From an uncultured virus (IMG/VR IMGVR_UViG_3300044970_002808) (Duplodnaviria; Heunggongvirae; Uroviricota; Caudoviricetes), in the IMG/VR virus record IMGVR_UViG_3300044970_002808, positions 52,949 to 72,948 of that record: a DNA stretch of 20,000 nucleotides. One strand, given 5' to 3'. The notes below the pieces were generated by a model that saw only the letters and a program-made list of their open reading frames with translations, was not told the origin of the DNA and searched no databases. Position numbers and translations under genes: made by a program. Shown piece after piece: positions 1 through 9,051 of this stretch (position 1 is its first letter; every line of letters begins with the position of its first letter).

Positions 1-1
1 G

Positions 2-187
2 GGGAAGGAAACCTACATTCTATACCTTGATTCCACAGAAGCTGAGTTTGATACTGTCTCAGAGTATGTAGACCGTGTTGAGGAGGAGGCAAGGTTAATA
101 AAATTAGGGGAGGTAGTCCTGTCTAAACTGTCCTACGAGAAACAAGAAGCCATTATTTTGTACGTCCTAAAGTCTTACCCTAAATAA
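2..187 (+). CDS. 3' end of a hypothetical protein (runs in from window edge)
   Basis: Frame open from base 2 (GKETYILYLD...LKSYPK) to TAA at 185-187, followed by a hairpin. Confidence 0.6.
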   Translation, partial: GKETYILYLDSTEAEFDTVSEYVDRVEEEARLIKLGEVVLSKLSYEKQEAIILYVLKSYPK

Positions 188-280
188 AGGTTCTGCTTTA
201 GACCCACCTTTGTTGATATTTATTAACATTTACGGTAGTTTTCTACTAAGGTAAAGTCTAAAGGTTTTTTCTCAAACCCC

Positions 281-309
281 TTGACATCTAATCTACTCTC
301 TGTTATACT
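281..309 (+). promoter_or_regulatory. sigma70-type promoter
   Basis: TTGACA(281)-17 bp-TATACT(304) with TG extended -10. Confidence 0.8.
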
Positions 310-444
310 GGGTTTAACCCAACAAAAACTGGTTAAGTGAGAACCAAGCTTAATCAATTAGGGTTAAACCCCCTTTAACTAGGGTAAAGCGGGCAGTTAG
401 CTCGTGGAGTGGAGTTAAGCCGTCTAAAATTAAAAACCTCTGTC

Positions 445-936
445 ATGGAATACTGTCATCTAACCATCGAACAACAAGCCTGTGAAACGTCTAAACTAAA
501 TTTGGTTAAATCCCAAATCCCCGCTATCCGTCGGGCTATGAGAGATACAGCAGTATGGGGCGAAGATTACTTTCAGGAAGGTCTTTGCCTAGTCCTGGAA
601 AAACTTAAGACTTGGAACCCTAACAAAGGAACGCTCACCAGCTATTGCTGGTTGGATATTCGCAAAAGGTTCCGCCTTATTCGGCACAAAACCTCTGTCA
701 TGGAATGCCAACTTCGAGATTTTTCCCTAGACAATATGGCATCCCTAGTCGATTCCACTGAATACCAAATGACCCTGAACCTCTTCTGGTCAAAACTCAC
801 CCCCCTCCAAAAGCAAATTGTCCGCAAACGTCTAATGGGTCTTACCCAAGAGGTAATAGCTAAAACTCTGGGTCTTACCCTGCGAACTTATAAGTCAGAA
901 GTCAGAAAAATTAAGAAATTAGGAGCAAATTCTTGA
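445..936 (+). CDS. phage RNA polymerase sigma factor-like protein
   Basis: Region-2-like EDYFQEGLCLVLEKLKTWNPNKGTLTSYC and region-4 HTH LTPLQKQIV...GLTQEVIAKTLGLT; ATG 445 preferred over GTG 409. Confidence 0.75.
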   Translation: MEYCHLTIEQQACETSKLNLVKSQIPAIRRAMRDTAVWGEDYFQEGLCLVLEKLKTWNPNKGTLTSYCWLDIRKRFRLIRHKTSVMECQLRDFSLDNMASLVDSTEYQMTLNLFWSKLTPLQKQIVRKRLMGLTQEVIAKTLGLTLRTYKSEVRKIKKLGANS

Positions 937-1886
937 AACCTACCCAATACCACGCTAAAATCATCGAACAAAGTGTCAATTCCACAGGCGACACTATAAC
1001 CACTTTTCAAATCAGGATTCCCCGATTTGTCCTAGCTCAACTCAATAAACACCGTATTTTGTCCTCTAATACCGAGTCGAATCGGGCTGTTCCGATTAAG
1101 AAAAAAGACCGAAAATTAGTAGAGAATTTCTATCACCCTGACCAATGGGGTACGAATAAGTCAGGAATGCAAGCTGGTAAACCCCTGTCGGGTCTAAAGG
1201 CTAAATTAGCTGACCTTGTATGGTTCTGCTCCATGCACTCCCAACGGTTTTGGGCTAATTTATTGAACCTGCTTGGGGTTCATAAAGAAATAGTGAACCG
1301 ACTTACTGAGCCTTTTCAAATGGTAGAGGTAGTGCTGACCGGCACTCAATGGTTCAACTTTTTTGAACTTCGTACTTCCGAAAAAGCCCAGCCAGAGATT
1401 AGAAAGGTAGCCCTCTTGATGCTTGAGGCTTACCAAAAATGTTCTGCTTATAGCATATCAGATGGTGGTTTACATCTGCCCTATGTAACCCATGAGGAAA
1501 GAGAACTGTACAAAGGTAATACTCTTTTACTCATTGCTCTGTCAGCCTCTCGTTGTGCGAGAGTGTCTTACCTCAACCACGAAGGGAATATGGATGTGGA
1601 AAAAGACGTTAAACTATTTATACGTTTAGTTAGCTCAAAGCATTGGTCAGCTTTAGAGCATACTGCCGTAGCCATCAACGCATCTGTGATGTGTGGCGGG
1701 TTTATTGGTTGGGTTCCTGCCCGTAAACTTTTTACAGGTGAGTCTGGTGACTCTGCTATGGAAAAAGATACCAGGATTCTTAATGGGACTCAAATTCGCC
1801 AAGTAACTACCCATTGGGTTATGCCATTTAACTCTGATTTAGAAGCAAAGGACTTTTTTGATTCTGACCAAGATACTCATCTTTAG
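933..1886 (+). CDS. thyX: FAD-dependent thymidylate synthase ThyX
   Basis: ThyX motif variant KHRILSSNTESNR, plus WFNFFELR..AQPEIR, SASRCARVSY and HWSALEH; overlaps the upstream stop by 4 bp. Confidence 0.9.
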   Translation: MKPTQYHAKIIEQSVNSTGDTITTFQIRIPRFVLAQLNKHRILSSNTESNRAVPIKKKDRKLVENFYHPDQWGTNKSGMQAGKPLSGLKAKLADLVWFCSMHSQRFWANLLNLLGVHKEIVNRLTEPFQMVEVVLTGTQWFNFFELRTSEKAQPEIRKVALLMLEAYQKCSAYSISDGGLHLPYVTHEERELYKGNTLLLIALSASRCARVSYLNHEGNMDVEKDVKLFIRLVSSKHWSALEHTAVAINASVMCGGFIGWVPARKLFTGESGDSAMEKDTRILNGTQIRQVTTHWVMPFNSDLEAKDFFDSDQDTHL

Positions 1887-2062
1887 GAGCAAAACCCGTC
1901 CCTTTGACCACGGAAAACTAGGACTTTCATTAAAAACCTTGACATCCTGACTACTCTGGCTGAGACGGAAACGGATGAGGCAAAGGATTTGCTCGACCAC
2001 TGGTTAGAACAGCACATCAAAGATTCTGAAGGATGGGGTTGTCTTTTCACCTCATCCCAGGG

Positions 2063-2091
2063 TTGACAACGGTATTGTAGTCTGTTAAACT
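2063..2091 (+). promoter_or_regulatory. sigma70-type promoter
   Basis: TTGACA(2063)-17 bp-TAAACT(2086), TG extension, AGGAG RBS before ATG 2116. Confidence 0.7.
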
Positions 2092-2115
2092 GAACACAAC
2101 TAACAAGGAGTTTAT

Positions 2116-2565
2116 ATGACTAAGGGATTTCTCGAATTAGGCGATGTCTTCATCCTACGGGGTCAAGATTGTTTTGAGGGAGAACCTTGTGGGGGGGCGA
2201 TTTTTGAAGTGACTGAGTTAAAGCAAAATGGGGATATGGCAGTTGTTTTTTGCCGAGGAAAGTACTACCTTGCTTGGACTAAAATAAAAACAGGTATCGT
2301 ACCTCAAGTAATTTGGTTAATTACCGAGAATCCCCCCTTCAAAGGCGGTACTGTACAATTTCTACCCCCAGAAGACAAAGACATGGCACGTCAAGCAGAA
2401 ATCGCTACCCGATTGGAATTGGAAGAAGCCATGGATGACCTAAAATATTGGTCTTGGCATATTCAAGATGGGGTAGACTACTCTGATGTCTTGATGAAAG
2501 CCAAGCAACTCCAGTTCCTAATCGAAACAACAGAAACCTGTAAACTACCTCCCTTTTCTCAATAG
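2116..2565 (+). CDS. hypothetical protein
   Basis: 149-aa ORF with its own promoter and AGGAG RBS. Confidence 0.8.
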   Translation: MTKGFLELGDVFILRGQDCFEGEPCGGAIFEVTELKQNGDMAVVFCRGKYYLAWTKIKTGIVPQVIWLITENPPFKGGTVQFLPPEDKDMARQAEIATRLELEEAMDDLKYWSWHIQDGVDYSDVLMKAKQLQFLIETTETCKLPPFSQ

Positions 2566-2918
2566 GCGACAAAGCTAAACCCTGACTCTCCCCCTTTGAA
2601 CGGGGAGTTTCTTATATCTAAGTTGGTGTGCCAAGACAATTCTTTTAGTCTCCGCAGACCTTCTTTTTTCAATCCCAGTACCACTTTTTCATAGTTCAAA
2701 GTTATACCCTCTACCTGTTCTACATAGAGTTTCTCTACATATTGTTGTATTTTACTATCTATTTCTTCCACTTTGTCCAGTAAAAATAAGATTCTTTCAT
2801 AGCGCACTTGGTCTTCAATCACTTCTAGCATGAACTGCACATCAGCTTCATACTTAGGAAATTCTTCATACCCAAGTGCTATTTTAATTCTAGATATTTC
2901 ATCTGGTGTGAACAGCAT
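2559..2918 (-). CDS. hypothetical protein, possible head-completion protein
   Basis: 119-aa helical ORF downstream of the capsid gene on the same strand; function inferred from position only. Confidence 0.7.
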   Translation of the reverse strand: MLFTPDEISRIKIALGYEEFPKYEADVQFMLEVIEDQVRYERILFLLDKVEEIDSKIQQYVEKLYVEQVEGITLNYEKVVLGLKKEGLRRLKELSWHTNLDIRNSPFKGGESGFSFVAY

Positions 2919-2970
2919 TTTTATCTCTTGGCAGGTGTTTTATTTAGTTTGAGCGTTATTGTTTCACCAG

Positions 2971-3017
2971 TGTTAAGTTTTGTTAAGATATGTTAAGTTT
3001 TGTTAAGACTGTTAAGA
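2971..3017. repeat. approx. 10-bp tandem repeat TGTTAAGnnn x5
   Basis: tgttaagttt tgttaagata tgttaagttt tgttaagact gttaaga. Confidence 0.85.
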
Positions 3018-3035
3018 AAAAAAATAGGGGTGGGT

Positions 3036-3341
3036 CTAAATAGAACCCTGACGGAGTGAATCCCTGTCCTTTAAGCTTTTGGGACAATTTCCCTGACGGA
3101 GTATCACAGCTTGAGGGGGAAATCTACCCGCCAGTAACTCCCCAGCCTCAAAAACCTGAAAGCCTTGCGTTGTGAGCTTTTCAGCTAGTCGAGCAGAGGC
3201 GAACTCCCCACCATTAATAATTGCTTTGTGGTCAACTCCTGCCATTCTTGCCACGCCACGAATAGATAAAGTGCCTTGTTCGCTGGCATCCTGTTTCAGA
3301 AAAGCCAATAATTCTTGCTGATTAATAGGTACGATTGACAT
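3036..3341 (-). CDS. putative DNA-binding (antirepressor-like) protein, probably C-terminally truncated
   Basis: HTH-like SIRGVARMAGVDHKAII; AGGTG RBS; the last ~20 codons lie across a 12-bp direct repeat CCCTGACGGAGT (3046, 3091). Confidence 0.55.
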   Translation of the reverse strand: MSIVPINQQELLAFLKQDASEQGTLSIRGVARMAGVDHKAIINGGEFASARLAEKLTTQGFQVFEAGELLAGRFPPQAVILRQGNCPKSLKDRDSLRQGSI

Positions 3342-3445
3342 TTTTCACCTATAATGGTTGTACCTCTCCATCATAGCACGATTTTCACTGGATTGCCAAC
3401 CGTTTCCTCGTATAGATAGCCGTACACTTAGGCGTGGGGTAAGGA

Positions 3446-3478
3446 CAAAAAACCACCCCCAGTTAAAGGGGTGATTTA
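3446..3478 (-). terminator. intrinsic terminator after capsid gene
   Basis: Minus strand ATCACCCC-TTTAACT-GGGGGTGGT followed by T-run. Confidence 0.75.
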
Positions 3479-3492
3479 GGGTTTAATAAGTC

Positions 3493-4539
3493 TTAGGCGA
3501 CTTTAATATTACGGATAACTCCAACGTTTTTCCGAGTGGCTAATTGCAACTGGGCAATACAACCAACTACGAAGTTGTCCACATACAAGCTAGTTTGAGC
3601 CAGTTGGCGCATTAAGGTATAAACACCATTAGCCGAAAACGAGTTCTGTACGGGTGCGGAATAGAACGTTAAGTCTTCACGACGTAAGAAATACATTACA
3701 CCTTCGTCAACATCAGTACCGAGAGCAGTGGTAATGGCAGATTCAGCCGCAGTACGGGTACGGTTACAATACACATCATCGATGATTGGGGTTCCCATGT
3801 AACCAGCCACGTTGAATCCTAAGTCCACCAAAGGAACTCGGTTGCCGTCAAAAGTCATGATTTGGAAGCTACGATTGGCTTCAAAGACTTTCTTGTATTG
3901 TTCAACGACTTTAGGGGTAGTTAGGATTAGGTCATACCGACCAGGACGGTAGCGGATTTTACGGTCTAATTCCAGCATAAAGTCGGTTTTTAAGGCTTGG
4001 CGTTTGTCGGTTGCGGCCGCTCCAGCATCCCAGCAATCTACGACCTGTCCTTGCCATAAAGGGTAGGTCGCTGAAGGAATACCCGCATAATCTCCAGTAC
4101 CAGCCGCAATGGATAGACCGATGATTCCTCCATCAGAAATCGCACCAGTTCCATTGTATAATTTACGGTTTAAGGTAGTAGCTTGTTCGTCTACTGCATT
4201 ACGCATTTGTGCAGACAGCAACTGACGTAATTCTGCATTGGAAACCATTTCTTTAGCTTCCTCAATCTCTTTCAAGTTCAAGGTGAAAGTAGATTGTAAC
4301 GAAGAACTATTGATGGGTAACTGTGCCGGAATAGTTACGTCTTGGCTGGCCGCAGGTGCTGAACCAGTAATTGCTACTCCCGTTGCTTGCGTTCCACCAA
4401 CTCCTACAGACCACTGGATATTGGACTTACGTTCGGGTAACTTCGACAGCAACGACAAGAAGGTTGCTTCACGGTTTACCTCTTTGGTCAACAATTCCGA
4501 AAAAATCGTGTTGACTACTGCTAAATTAAGCTTTGCCAT
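3493..4539 (-). CDS. major capsid protein (probable)
   Basis: 348 aa; capsid-like layout (LNRKLYNGTG...GGIIGL, DLILTTP, YMGTPIIDDVYC, YFL); strong codon bias; terminator downstream; scaffold-like gene upstream. Confidence 0.8.
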   Translation of the reverse strand: MAKLNLAVVNTIFSELLTKEVNREATFLSLLSKLPERKSNIQWSVGVGGTQATGVAITGSAPAASQDVTIPAQLPINSSSLQSTFTLNLKEIEEAKEMVSNAELRQLLSAQMRNAVDEQATTLNRKLYNGTGAISDGGIIGLSIAAGTGDYAGIPSATYPLWQGQVVDCWDAGAAATDKRQALKTDFMLELDRKIRYRPGRYDLILTTPKVVEQYKKVFEANRSFQIMTFDGNRVPLVDLGFNVAGYMGTPIIDDVYCNRTRTAAESAITTALGTDVDEGVMYFLRREDLTFYSAPVQNSFSANGVYTLMRQLAQTSLYVDNFVVGCIAQLQLATRKNVGVIRNIKVA

Positions 4540-4707
4540 TTTCTAATTTTCCTATTATTTTCAGTAGATTCTTTTGTGTTTTATCCCACACAGGGTTTCT
4601 ACTGTTCAATAGGCCGTAGTCACCTCTATAATAGGAAATGGGCGTATCATCTTTAAATCCGGTTACTAAAACATTAACATTCGTTAATATGTAAGGGTAG
4701 TAACTCC

Positions 4708-6138
4708 CTATTGGGGTAGCTCAGTTAAGAATTTTATTAGGATTCCTCTGGCTCCATTTAAATCTCTGTCTAAACTTTCGTTACTCTGAGATTTGATTAC
4801 TTTCCTCCCACCTAGATTAGCTATTATTTCCCCTGTCCATGATACGGTTTTGGAGGTATAAGCCTCAGAAACTATTATTAGTTTTTTACCAAATTTATTG
4901 GCTTTGAACTTTAATAATTCCTTAAACTCATAATGTCCAAAATTTAACATCGAACGGGTAGTAGATTTATTGATTTTTCTGCCTTTCTTTTTGACCATTT
5001 CACTGGTGTTAAAGCAGGGTAGAAGGATTACATCAAAGTTATCTACTAAAAATCTGCTAATTTTGTGGTGGAGTTCTTTCCTCAGATTTCTTACCTTTAA
5101 TGTGGTTCGTTGTTGCCACATTCTTAGATAATCAATCCGACTTTGGTTTTTGGTTTTAGCTATTTTAGATTGGATTTTGTCTGCTTTATGACAGAGTTTA
5201 GCCAATCTCTTCAGGGCTTCTTCACCAAATTTACCAAAAACTCCATTAGACGAAAAAATAGTTTGGAAAGTTCTAACACCAGGGTCTAATGCTACAATCT
5301 TTAGGTCTTGGTTTTCGACTTCTGGATTATTAGCAATATCTTCAGTATAAATTAGGTAGAACAATCCCCCAGTAGTTGTGAGGGTTAGACCATCAAAACT
5401 ACCCCTTGTGTCTGATTTTAGGGGGGTTTCTAGTTTTAGGTTTCGGGGGGCTAACACTCCCTTAGCTGAGAGTATTTCCTTTTTTAGGTTGATAGTTTGT
5501 CGGGGCTTTTTTCTAGATTTGAATTTTAACTCAAACCTTTCAACTAACCCCGCTTTTAATTGGGCAAACCCTACTTGTTGGGCATTGATAGCTTCGGTGA
5601 TAGCCTCCTTTACTGTATTTATGTTTATGCAATTGGTTAACCAAGTGTGTTTCTCCAACCAAAATTGAAAGAATGTGTCACGGATGTCATAGCTTGACAA
5701 ACCTTTTCTTTCTTTCTTAGTCTTTAAATCACAATTAGCCCCAATTTTACCGTTTTTCAGCAAATCTACTGTTTTGTTGTAGATAAACCGATATTGGGAG
5801 ATTAGCTCATTCAGTAGGTTCTGTTGGGTTCTGTCGGGGTAAAGTCTTATCTTCCTTGATATTTTTGCTGTATTTCCTAAGCCCGTAGACTCTGCAACTG
5901 AAAATATGGAGGATTGATAGTAAGTCTTGGGTAAGTTCTTGTTCGGGACTTGTTTCAGTGTTGTTGAGAACCACGATTGTTCCACCGTTCTTGAGAACAA
6001 GGTATTGGAACAATTCAAATCCAAATCGGCAGAGTCTATCTCTGTGGGAGATAACAAGAGTGAACTTATCTCCTGAGAATAATCTGTCCAATAAGGTTTG
6101 AAGTCCTTTTCTTTTGAAGTTAAGTCCAGAACCGACAT
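4708..6138 (-). CDS. tnpB: TnpB RNA-guided nuclease (start uncertain: ATG 6138 or GTG 5985)
   Basis: N-terminal KIRLYP..QQ; RuvC-I VALDPGVRTF; VSEAYTSKT; RuvC-III DRDLNGARGI. Confidence 0.9.
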   Translation of the reverse strand: MSVLDLTSKEKDFKPYWTDYSQEISSLLLSPTEIDSADLDLNCSNTLFSRTVEQSWFSTTLKQVPNKNLPKTYYQSSIFSVAESTGLGNTAKISRKIRLYPDRTQQNLLNELISQYRFIYNKTVDLLKNGKIGANCDLKTKKERKGLSSYDIRDTFFQFWLEKHTWLTNCININTVKEAITEAINAQQVGFAQLKAGLVERFELKFKSRKKPRQTINLKKEILSAKGVLAPRNLKLETPLKSDTRGSFDGLTLTTTGGLFYLIYTEDIANNPEVENQDLKIVALDPGVRTFQTIFSSNGVFGKFGEEALKRLAKLCHKADKIQSKIAKTKNQSRIDYLRMWQQRTTLKVRNLRKELHHKISRFLVDNFDVILLPCFNTSEMVKKKGRKINKSTTRSMLNFGHYEFKELLKFKANKFGKKLIIVSEAYTSKTVSWTGEIIANLGGRKVIKSQSNESLDRDLNGARGILIKFLTELPQ

Positions 6139-6403
6139 CTGTAATGACCTCCGAATGAGGGTAGACTGATTTCAAGAAACCGACCTGTCTATTTAAATCT
6201 TCAGACTGTTTTCTTGAGCTAACCCTAGCATAACAGATAACTGAGGGTTTGTCAAGAGGGTCGGCTAAATAGGATTCAACATCGTAATATCGTTGACCTG
6301 CGGGGTTTTTAATCCCCTTAATCAAACCGTCATCAAAATATTTTCTAAGGGTATGGGGGTGAAGCCCTAATTTGGAGGAGGCTATTCTAGAAGGAACGAG
6401 CAT
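5807..6403 (-). CDS. tnpA: IS607 TnpA serine transposase
   Basis: N-terminal MerR-like HTH (LGLHPHTLRKY), catalytic YARVSS, DVGSGLNFKRKGL, HRDRLCRFGFE; ATG 6403 fits the family length (198 aa). Confidence 0.92.
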   Translation of the reverse strand: MLVPSRIASSKLGLHPHTLRKYFDDGLIKGIKNPAGQRYYDVESYLADPLDKPSVICYARVSSRKQSEDLNRQVGFLKSVYPHSEVITDVGSGLNFKRKGLQTLLDRLFSGDKFTLVISHRDRLCRFGFELFQYLVLKNGGTIVVLNNTETSPEQELTQDLLSILHIFSCRVYGLRKYSKNIKEDKTLPRQNPTEPTE

Positions 6404-6505
6404 AAACCAGTTATCAGTGTTCATAAACAAATATGAGCGTTTATAAACAAATATGTACTTAGACAATAACGCTCAATCTAAGTCTAAATATTGGTAGGTG
6501 TTAAG

Positions 6506-6823
6506 ATGCGTATATTTCAGTTGGAATTGGAAAAGTTTGAGACCCATTGCAATATTTCTTTCCTTATCTCTGGTCTCGACTCCGCCCCCTATGAATTGGC
6601 TGAACGCCTTGCCCTACTAGGTTCTTCTGACTATAACAACCCTATCTGTGTTAGTCTTTCTGTTATCCGTTGCAATGCTTTTGATGGTATCATTCGTGAC
6701 CTACTAGCTCTTTCTAAACTACCCGAACTTAACCCGTTTCTGACTTTAAAACTAATTAAGGTAGTCGAGGCTCTATACTGCCTGACTACCCATGATGGAC
6801 TCGTTTGGGGTAATTTGGGATAG
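6506..6823 (+). CDS. hypothetical protein
   Basis: 105-aa ORF from ATG 6506 with AGGTG RBS; converges with the scaffold gene on a hairpin. Confidence 0.65.
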   Translation: MRIFQLELEKFETHCNISFLISGLDSAPYELAERLALLGSSDYNNPICVSLSVIRCNAFDGIIRDLLALSKLPELNPFLTLKLIKVVEALYCLTTHDGLVWGNLG

Positions 6824-6861
6824 GGGAGAGGGGTCTAAAGCAGAACCCTCTTAACCTTAAC

Positions 6862-7479
6862 TTAATCTTCAATAAACAAATCTTCCAGAATGTCCCGTTT
6901 CCCCTCTGTGGGGGCAGGGCTACTGTTTTGGGGTTTTAACCCAGCACCCCTAGCTTTGGATGTCGGGGGTAACAGACTTTTACCGAAATCAGTTTCTAGG
7001 AATTTTCCTAACGCCTCATCCACACTTTCCACAGTATCCCCATTTTTGACAAAGGCTACACCATCTTCGTAAACTAAGTTATCCCCGTACTGTAGCTTAA
7101 AGGCTTTGGTCGCAATTCCTAAGTCTAGGGGCTTAAATTTGGATATGGTTGAGTTTAAGATGTTTTCTAGTTCTTTGGCTACGATTTTTCTGTCTTTTTC
7201 CTTTGACTGTTCCTTCAAATCTTCAATCTGTTTCTGTAGAGCCTGAAGACTTAGTTTCTGTTTGGGTGTCTCCACTTCCACTTCTAATTCTGGCTCAGGT
7301 TCGGGTGCTTTTGTGGTTTTTTTATCCCAGGATTTTTGTAGACTACTCGCCAATCCACTGTTTTTTCGGTCTACCTCGCTTAAGATGCCTGCCTTTAGCG
7401 TTCCCAATTCCCCTTGTAGTTGGTTTAGAAACGCCTGTTGCGATTCCTCTAATACTTGTTTAATTTCTTCCGGTGTCAT
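6862..7479 (-). CDS. probable capsid scaffolding protein
   Basis: 205 aa, charged coiled-coil, PE linker, C-terminal 'FL...G..LLP...GAG' pattern; same strand and upstream of the capsid gene. Confidence 0.65.
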   Translation of the reverse strand: MTPEEIKQVLEESQQAFLNQLQGELGTLKAGILSEVDRKNSGLASSLQKSWDKKTTKAPEPEPELEVEVETPKQKLSLQALQKQIEDLKEQSKEKDRKIVAKELENILNSTISKFKPLDLGIATKAFKLQYGDNLVYEDGVAFVKNGDTVESVDEALGKFLETDFGKSLLPPTSKARGAGLKPQNSSPAPTEGKRDILEDLFIED

Positions 7480-8414
7480 ATCACTTTAATTGTACACTAG
7501 GGTTTACATTTTCTGCTTTGGGCGTATCTAAACTAACAGGGGTCTGAATCCTAAAATAACCCCCCTAGTTGTTACTGAAGTCCCGACCCCGTAGAGTTTC
7601 TAGGTTAACCCGTCAACTGGGTAGGTAGGGGGTGGATAGGTTTTTTCTACGGGGGAGACCTAATTCCCCCCGCACTGCCTTCGACTAACCCTTCTGCTCA
7701 AGGTATGAGTATTTATACCTATTTCTAAAGACATAGCCCTGTTTTAACCCATCAAGTGGGGGGGTTGCTTTGGTTTTTTATGCCTAGGACATCAATTCTT
7801 CAGTTAGCCCTATCTACTCCAGTTTCGACTTGGCAAATCCCCCGCAAACCCCGTGCTGGAATGGTTTGACGATGTTGGTGTCCCTTAAGCCCCAGTTTGT
7901 CCCAAAATGTATCCATTTATACATTTCCTAAAAATGGGTAGGTCAAATGTTTGTCCTAGAGTATAATTTGACCTCAGGACTCTTCCCCTATTATAACTTG
8001 GGCGTGAATATTTTGCAACCCTTAAAACACTGAACTTTTGACAGATTTTTAAACTTGGTCTAACCATCATCAACAACGGCAATTAAGTCCTAATAGGGGA
8101 AGTCAGGGGGCAACCTGGAAAACCTTGTCCTGTCTGGGTTTCACCTGGGTCTAAGGGGGCAAGTGGGGGGGGGGTTCGGAGAGAATTTCAGATTCAAGTA
8201 ACCCCCCTACTTGTTAGACCCGTAGTACACTTGTACCAGACTGGGTTGAACATGGCCAGACTGGGTTTCATCTGAGTCTAAAGGGGAAACTAGGGGGGTG
8301 AAAAATGCCTCGAACCCCCCCAGTTGTGGATTTATATAGTACAAATGTATTAAACTGGGGTTGAACCAGGCTAAAACAGGTCAGACCAGGGGCGGAGTTA
8401 TAACTGTCCGTTAT

Positions 8415-8990
8415 AAAAACCAACCTAACCCCCCCTACCCCCCTAGTATAGAATAGTTGGGGCTGGTTGGCTAAGACTGGTCTGGCAGAGTCAAACCCCG
8501 TACTATGTCTTTAGAAATAGGTATAAATACCCATACCCAAGGTAAAAGGGGGTCTAGGGGTCAAACCCAGTTAAGCCCTGTTAAACTTGGGAGGGATGAA
8601 ATAAGGGGGGTCGCCCAGAAAAACCAACCTAACCCCCCTACCCCCCTAGTAAGGAATGGCTGGGGCTGGTTGGCTTAGGCTGGGGCTGGCAGGGTCAAAC
8701 CAGATTCAACCCAATCCGACCAAGTGGAATCAAGGAGGTCTCCATAAAAAAACCCAAGAACCCCCCCACTTCCACCCTTAGCTAACTGGGTCAGGTTGGG
8801 TTGAAGGGGTTAAACGGGGTCTGGTCGGGTCAAACCCCGTACTATGTCTTTAGGGATAGGTATAAATACTCATACCCAAGGTAAAAGGGGGTCTAGGGGT
8901 CAAACCCAGTTAAGCCCTGTCAAACTTGGGGGGGATGGAATAGGAAGGGTCGCCCTGAAAAAAGAGAACCCCCCCCTACCCCCCCAGTTC
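8415..8990. repeat. interleaved direct repeats A-B-A-x-B in non-coding tract
   Basis: A ~8415-8497 and ~8619-8701; B ~8490-8625 and ~8829-8965; the 35-bp core of B recurs inverted at 7701-7735. Confidence 0.85.
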
Positions 8991-9051
8991 ATCTTTGTCT
9001 AGTACATTTGAACCACCCCCCAGCTTAACCGGGGCAGACTGGGGGTTGACA

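Larger units (their letters stand above)
4659..6480 (-). mobile_element. IS607-family insertion sequence (ends approximate)
   Basis: Overlapping serine-recombinase tnpA and tnpB; 13-bp direct repeat ATAAACAAATATG (6423, 6443) near the left end; hairpin and candidate GG core at 4659-4660 at the right end. Confidence 0.85.

Noticed and set aside
389..430. tRNA-like start GGGCAGTTAGCTCGTGG
   Set aside because: No T-arm (GTTCRA) or acceptor-stem complement downstream
5807..5810. ATGA translational coupling as the tnpB start
   Set aside because: The ATG at 5810 is out of frame with tnpB
642..8082. Shadow ORFs 642-827, 4238-4546, 5378-5668, 6890-7072, 7149-7463, 7262-7489 and 7885-8082
   Set aside because: Antisense to well-supported genes, or without RBS or recognisable features
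8522..8868. T4 late promoter TATAAATA inside the 35-bp element
   Set aside because: No gene follows and the phage genes here are not T4-like
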